The translations under genes were made by a program, and so were the position numbers. Positions 19,009 through 29,356 of a stretch of 29,356 bases of DNA are shown piece after piece. The number at the start of each line of letters is the position of its first letter. The stretch's first letter is position 1. This DNA comes from Arcobacter sp. (GTDB lineage: Bacteria; Campylobacterota; Campylobacteria; Campylobacterales; Arcobacteraceae). The notes under the pieces were generated by a model. That model worked only from the letters and a program-made list of their open reading frames with translations, had not been told where the DNA came from and searched no databases. The DNA lies in the NCBI GenBank assembly GCA_965662175.1, contig CBFIGT010000016.1, positions 1 to 29,356 of the forward strand, in the 5' to 3' direction.

Positions 19009-19176
19009 ATGGCAGCAGTAAGAATAAAAATTGGATTAAAATGTCAAGAGTGTGGTGATATTAACTACACTACTTGGAAAAACCCTAAAACTCACACTGA
19101 GAAATTTGAGGTTAACAAATATAGTCCAAGATTAAGAAAACACACTATCCATAAAGAAGTTAAGTTAAAGTCGTAA
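19009..19176 (+). CDS. rpmG: 50S ribosomal protein L33 (55 aa)
   Basis: Hand-translated as [60 protein letters not shown] Shine-Dalgarno and canonical tuf-rpmG-tRNA-Trp-secE order. Confidence 0.97.
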   Translation: MAAVRIKIGLKCQECGDINYTTWKNPKTHTEKFEVNKYSPRLRKHTIHKEVKLKS

Positions 19177-19202
19177 GACTTTAACTAACTTTTTTCTCAA
19201 GC

Positions 19203-19278
19203 AGGTCAGTAGCTCCAATGGTAGAGCGCCGGATTCCAAATCCGATGGCTGGGGGTTCGAGTCCCTCCTGGCCTGCCA
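19203..19278 (+). tRNA. tRNA-Trp (CCA)
   Basis: 76-nt cloverleaf with CGGA-TTCCAAA-TCCG and encoded CCA. Upstream of secE. Confidence 0.97.
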
Positions 19279-19362
19279 CTAAATATTTCTTAAAGTAGTA
19301 AACTAAAAGACTCCTTTGAAAAATATTTATTTTTAAGCTAAATAATAAATCTGGAGTCAATT

Positions 19363-19545
19363 GTGAGTAAATTAAAATCATATTATAAGAGTGCAAAAGA
19401 AGAACTATCAAAAGTAATTTTTCCTATAAAAGAACAAATTAGATCTGCATATGTATCTGTATTTATAGTTGTTACTGTAATATCTCTATTTTTAGCTCTT
19501 ATTGACGCAATTATGTCTCTTAGCTTATCATCTGTAATGAACTAA
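19363..19545 (+). CDS. secE: Preprotein translocase subunit SecE
   Basis: ELSKVIFP motif plus one transmembrane helix. GTG start with GGAG Shine-Dalgarno, upstream of nusG. Confidence 0.95.
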   Translation: MSKLKSYYKSAKEELSKVIFPIKEQIRSAYVSVFIVVTVISLFLALIDAIMSLSLSSVMN

Positions 19546-19553
19546 GGATTAAA

Positions 19554-20081
19554 ATGGCACATTTATGGTACGCAATACAAACACACTCAGGTAGTGAATT
19601 AACAGTAAAAAGAGCATTAGAAAGATTAGCTGATGAGATGGCTGATGAAAGAATAGCAGAGGTTTTAGTTCCAACTGAAGATCTAATTGAGATAAAAAAA
19701 GGTAATAAAACAATAGTTGAAAGACCTTTATATCCAGCTTATGCTTTTGCAAAAATCGATTTAGATACAGCATTATGGCATAGAATTCAATCAATGCCAA
19801 AAGTTGGAAGATTTATTGGTGAGTCTAAAAAACCAACTCCTTTATCAGAAAAAGATATTAATTCTATTTTAGATAAAGTTAATAATAGAGCTGCTGCTAA
19901 ACCAAAAGTTTCATTTGAAGAGGGTGAAATGGTTAGAGTTAATGAGGGCCCATTCTCTAACTTTAATGGAATAGTAGAAGACTTTGATATGGCTTCTGGA
20001 ATATTAAAACTTAATGTTTCAATTTTTGGAAGAAATACACCTGTAGAAATTTCATATACTCAAGTAGAAAGAGTAGTTTAA
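19554..20081 (+). CDS. nusG: Transcription termination/antitermination factor NusG
   Basis: WYAIQTHSGSE, KOW region GPFSNFNG, and VSIFGRNTPVE. Confidence 0.98.
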   Translation: MAHLWYAIQTHSGSELTVKRALERLADEMADERIAEVLVPTEDLIEIKKGNKTIVERPLYPAYAFAKIDLDTALWHRIQSMPKVGRFIGESKKPTPLSEKDINSILDKVNNRAAAKPKVSFEEGEMVRVNEGPFSNFNGIVEDFDMASGILKLNVSIFGRNTPVEISYTQVERVV

Positions 20082-20088
20082 TTTCTGC

Positions 20089-20146
20089 TTTAGGCATTAG
20101 GCAATAAAACTTTACTTTCAAAGAGTTTTCTTGCCTAATGTCTAAA
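20089..20146. repeat. Long imperfect inverted repeat between nusG and rplK
   Basis: TTTAGGCATTAGGCAA/TTGCCTAATGTCTAAA outer stem plus an inner AAAACT/AGTTTT stem. No U-tract follows. Confidence 0.8.
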
Positions 20147-20183
20147 TCATTAAAACAACAATAAAAATTTAAAAGGAAAAAAG

Positions 20184-20609
20184 ATGGCTAAAAAAATAAC
20201 TGGTATTTTAAAACTTCAAATTCCAGCTGGTGCTGCTAATCCATCACCACCTGTTGGTCCAGCTCTTGGACAAAGAGGTGTTAACATTATGGAATTTTGT
20301 AAAGCATTTAACGAAAAAACTAAAGATAAAGCTGGATATACAATTCCAGTAGAAATTTCTGTTTATTCAGATAAAAGTTTTACATTTGTATTAAAACAAC
20401 CACCAATGACTGACTTAATTAAAAAGATTTCAGGAGTTAAAAAAGGTTCTGATAATCCACTTAAAAACAAAGTTGGAAAATTAACTAAAGATCAAATTAT
20501 GGAAATCGTTGATATGAAAATCAAAGATTTAAATACAAATGATAGAGATCAAGCTGCAAAAATTGTTGCAGGAAGTGCTAGATCAATTGGTATTGAAACT
20601 GAATTATAA
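20184..20609 (+). CDS. rplK: 50S ribosomal protein L11
   Basis: [26 protein letters not shown]. Confidence 0.99.
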   Translation: MAKKITGILKLQIPAGAANPSPPVGPALGQRGVNIMEFCKAFNEKTKDKAGYTIPVEISVYSDKSFTFVLKQPPMTDLIKKISGVKKGSDNPLKNKVGKLTKDQIMEIVDMKIKDLNTNDRDQAAKIVAGSARSIGIETEL

Positions 20610-20708
20610 TATTCAAAAATAGTCTTACCACTGACTTAAAAAGTTGGTAGCAAATCAAGAAGAATTACTCTTCTTGTAATAAAAAATAAAATTGCGGAGA
20701 AATATATT

Positions 20709-21407
20709 ATGGCAAAAATTTCAAAAAGATATAAAGCTTTAAGTGAAAAAATTGAAGATAAAAAATACGCATTAGCAGAAGCTGTTTCATGTGTAAAAGG
20801 TTTAAAATCAGCAAAATTTGACGAAAGTGTTGAAGTTGCACTTAACTTAAATGTAGATCCAAGACATGCTGACCAAATGATTAGAGGTGCTGTTGTACTT
20901 CCAAATGGTACTGGTAAAACTGTTAGAGTTGCAGTATTTGCTAAGGGTGTTAAAATGGATGAAGCGAAAGCTGCTGGTGCTGATATTGTTGGTAATGATG
21001 ATTTAGTAGAAGAAATCCAAGCTGGAAACATCAACTTTGATGTTTTAATTGCTACTCCTGATTGTATGGGAATGGTAGGTAAAATTGGTAGAATCTTAGG
21101 GCCAAAAGGTTTAATGCCTAATCCTAAAACAGGAACTGTAACTATGGATGTTACTAAAGCTGTTAATGATTCTAAAGGTGGACAAGTTACATATAGAGTT
21201 GACAAAAAAGGTAATATGCAAGCTGCTGTTGGAAAAGTATCATTTTCTGAAGAAGCATTAATTGAAAATATTAAAACTTTTGTTGCTGCTATTAATAAAG
21301 CTAAACCATCAACTGCAAAAGGTAGATATGTTACTAATGCAGCAATTTCATTGACTATGTCACCATCTGTTAATTTAGATGTAATGGAAGTTATGGATAT
21401 TAAATAA
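20709..21407 (+). CDS. rplA: 50S ribosomal protein L1
   Basis: Motifs KFDESVE and [16 protein letters not shown]. Confidence 0.99.
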   Translation: MAKISKRYKALSEKIEDKKYALAEAVSCVKGLKSAKFDESVEVALNLNVDPRHADQMIRGAVVLPNGTGKTVRVAVFAKGVKMDEAKAAGADIVGNDDLVEEIQAGNINFDVLIATPDCMGMVGKIGRILGPKGLMPNPKTGTVTMDVTKAVNDSKGGQVTYRVDKKGNMQAAVGKVSFSEEALIENIKTFVAAINKAKPSTAKGRYVTNAAISLTMSPSVNLDVMEVMDIK

Positions 21408-21488
21408 GGTTAACACCTTATTTAATAACATTCAACAATGGAGATAATAATCTCTATGATTGAGTGTTATTCAAAGCACTGATATAAA

Positions 21489-21540
21489 ACTAAAGACAGC
21501 AGGTTAGATACCCCCGTATCTAATAAATCCCGCCGAAGTC
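21489..21540 (+). promoter_or_regulatory. L10 leader (rplJL autoregulatory RNA)
   Basis: AAAGACAGCAGG-(TTAGATA/TATCTAA hairpin)-TAAATCCCGCCGAAG matches the recognised L10-leader pattern, immediately upstream of rplJ. Confidence 0.8.
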
Positions 21541-21566
21541 GATGTTTTGAAAGGGGGAAAATAATA

Positions 21567-22058
21567 ATGATGACAAAAGCGAAAAAATCTGAAATAATTG
21601 ATTTTTTAACTGATGAATTTAAAGCTTCTCAAGCTATTGTTGTGTGTGACTTTAAAGGTTTAACTCACAAACAATTAGAGAACTTAAGAATCGAAGCTAA
21701 AGCAAATAATACTAAAGTTCAAGTTGCTAAAAATACACTTGTAACAGTAGCTGTTAAAAATGCTGAATTAGGTGAAGTTGAATTATCAGGAACAAATGTT
21801 TTTTTATGGTCTGAAGATCAAATATCTGCTTGTAAAGTAGCTGATAAATTTGCTTCTGATAATAAAGATAAATTTTCAATTAAATCTGGTATCATTGAAG
21901 GTGAAATTGCTGACGTTAACAGAGTTAACGCATTTGCTAAATTACCATCTAGAGAAGAACTTCTTGGAATGCTTGCAGCTACTTGGATGGCTCCAGTTAC
22001 AAACTTTACTATTGGGCTTGATGCTCTTAGAAAGAAAAAAGAAGAAGAGGCTGCTTAA
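21567..22058 (+). CDS. rplJ: 50S ribosomal protein L10
   Basis: Motifs VAKNTL and AKLPSREELL. Start is 21567 or 21570. Confidence 0.98.
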   Translation: MMTKAKKSEIIDFLTDEFKASQAIVVCDFKGLTHKQLENLRIEAKANNTKVQVAKNTLVTVAVKNAELGEVELSGTNVFLWSEDQISACKVADKFASDNKDKFSIKSGIIEGEIADVNRVNAFAKLPSREELLGMLAATWMAPVTNFTIGLDALRKKKEEEAA

Positions 22059-22114
22059 TAATTTAAGCATTTAATAAAATTAAATTAAAAAATTAAAAAT
22101 AACAAGGAAAAGAA

Positions 22115-22486
22115 ATGGCAATTTCTAAAGAAGACGTATTAGAATACATCTCTGGTTTATCTGTATTAGAGTTATCTGAATTAGTAAAAGAATTCGAAGA
22201 AAAATTTGGTGTATCTGCACAACCAGTTGCTATGGCTGGTGGAGCTGTTGCTGCTGTTGAAGCTGCAGAAGAGCAAACTGAATTTAACGTAGTTATCTTA
22301 GATGCTGGTGATAAAAAAATTAACGTAATTAAAGTAATTAGAGCGTTAACTGGTCTTGGATTAAAAGAAGCAAAAGCAATGGCTGAAGAAGCTGGTGCAG
22401 TTGTTAAAGAAGGTATTGGAAAAGAAGACGCAGAAGCTGCAAAAGCTGAATTAGAAGCAGCTGGTGCAAAAGTAGAATTAAAATAA
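22115..22486 (+). CDS. rplL: 50S ribosomal protein L7/L12
   Basis: Motifs FEEKFGVSA and TGLGLKEAK. Confidence 0.99.
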   Translation: MAISKEDVLEYISGLSVLELSELVKEFEEKFGVSAQPVAMAGGAVAAVEAAEEQTEFNVVILDAGDKKINVIKVIRALTGLGLKEAKAMAEEAGAVVKEGIGKEDAEAAKAELEAAGAKVELK

Positions 22487-22505
22487 TTACTTTCTTGTAG
22501 TTATG

Positions 22506-22601
22506 TTACATAAGGCTTTTTGCCTTATGTAAAGATAGCATCTTTGAAGGCTAAGGTTAAAATTCATGGGAATTTTAACCCTATCCTTTAGGGATGCTTT
22601 T
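22506..22601 (+). terminator. Tandem hairpins between rplL and rpoB (putative attenuator or processing site)
   Basis: TTACATAAGGC/GCCTTATGTAA at 22506-22532, then AGCATC...GGTTAAAATTC-ATGG-GAATTTTAACC...GATGCT at 22537-22598 with a short T-run. Confidence 0.6.
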
Positions 22602-22647
22602 GTGCTTTATACTAAAAAGCAAAAAAATCAAATTTTAGACAAGGTGA

Positions 22648-29356
<6,709 letters not shown>

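Noticed and set aside
20636..21205. 189-aa minus-strand ORF
   Set aside because: It is an antisense shadow of rplA caused by codon bias. The same reasoning applies to the antisense ORFs in murG, murD, tuf, nusG, rpoB and rpoC.

Overview
This is a low-GC core-genome window from a Campylobacterota bacterium, most consistent with Arcobacteraceae (inferred from protein similarity, MqnA, MoaD ending in PPVCGG, and separate rpoB and rpoC). It begins with the 3' end of 23S rRNA, then 5S rRNA and the rrn terminator. Next come an unannotated 45-aa basic ORF, a CopD-like membrane protein and a cyclophilin, followed by ftsI divergent from ftsW-murG. The middle holds uppP and mqnA, moaD-moaE-hisJ-glnA, PBP1A with an orphan ABC ATPase and gpmI, and mraY-murD. 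The rest is tRNA-Phe/Thr/Tyr/Gly, tuf, rpmG, tRNA-Trp, secE, nusG, rplKAJL, rpoB and the 5' part of rpoC. I see no mobile element, CRISPR array, prophage or defence island, and no evidence for a large novel system. The best leads are small in scale: a Lys-rich small ORF after the rrn terminator, ultra-compact bidirectional promoters (ftsW possibly leaderless), a structured tuf leader where a second tRNA-Thr is often found, long intergenic hairpins, and a long acidic segment in PBP1A.
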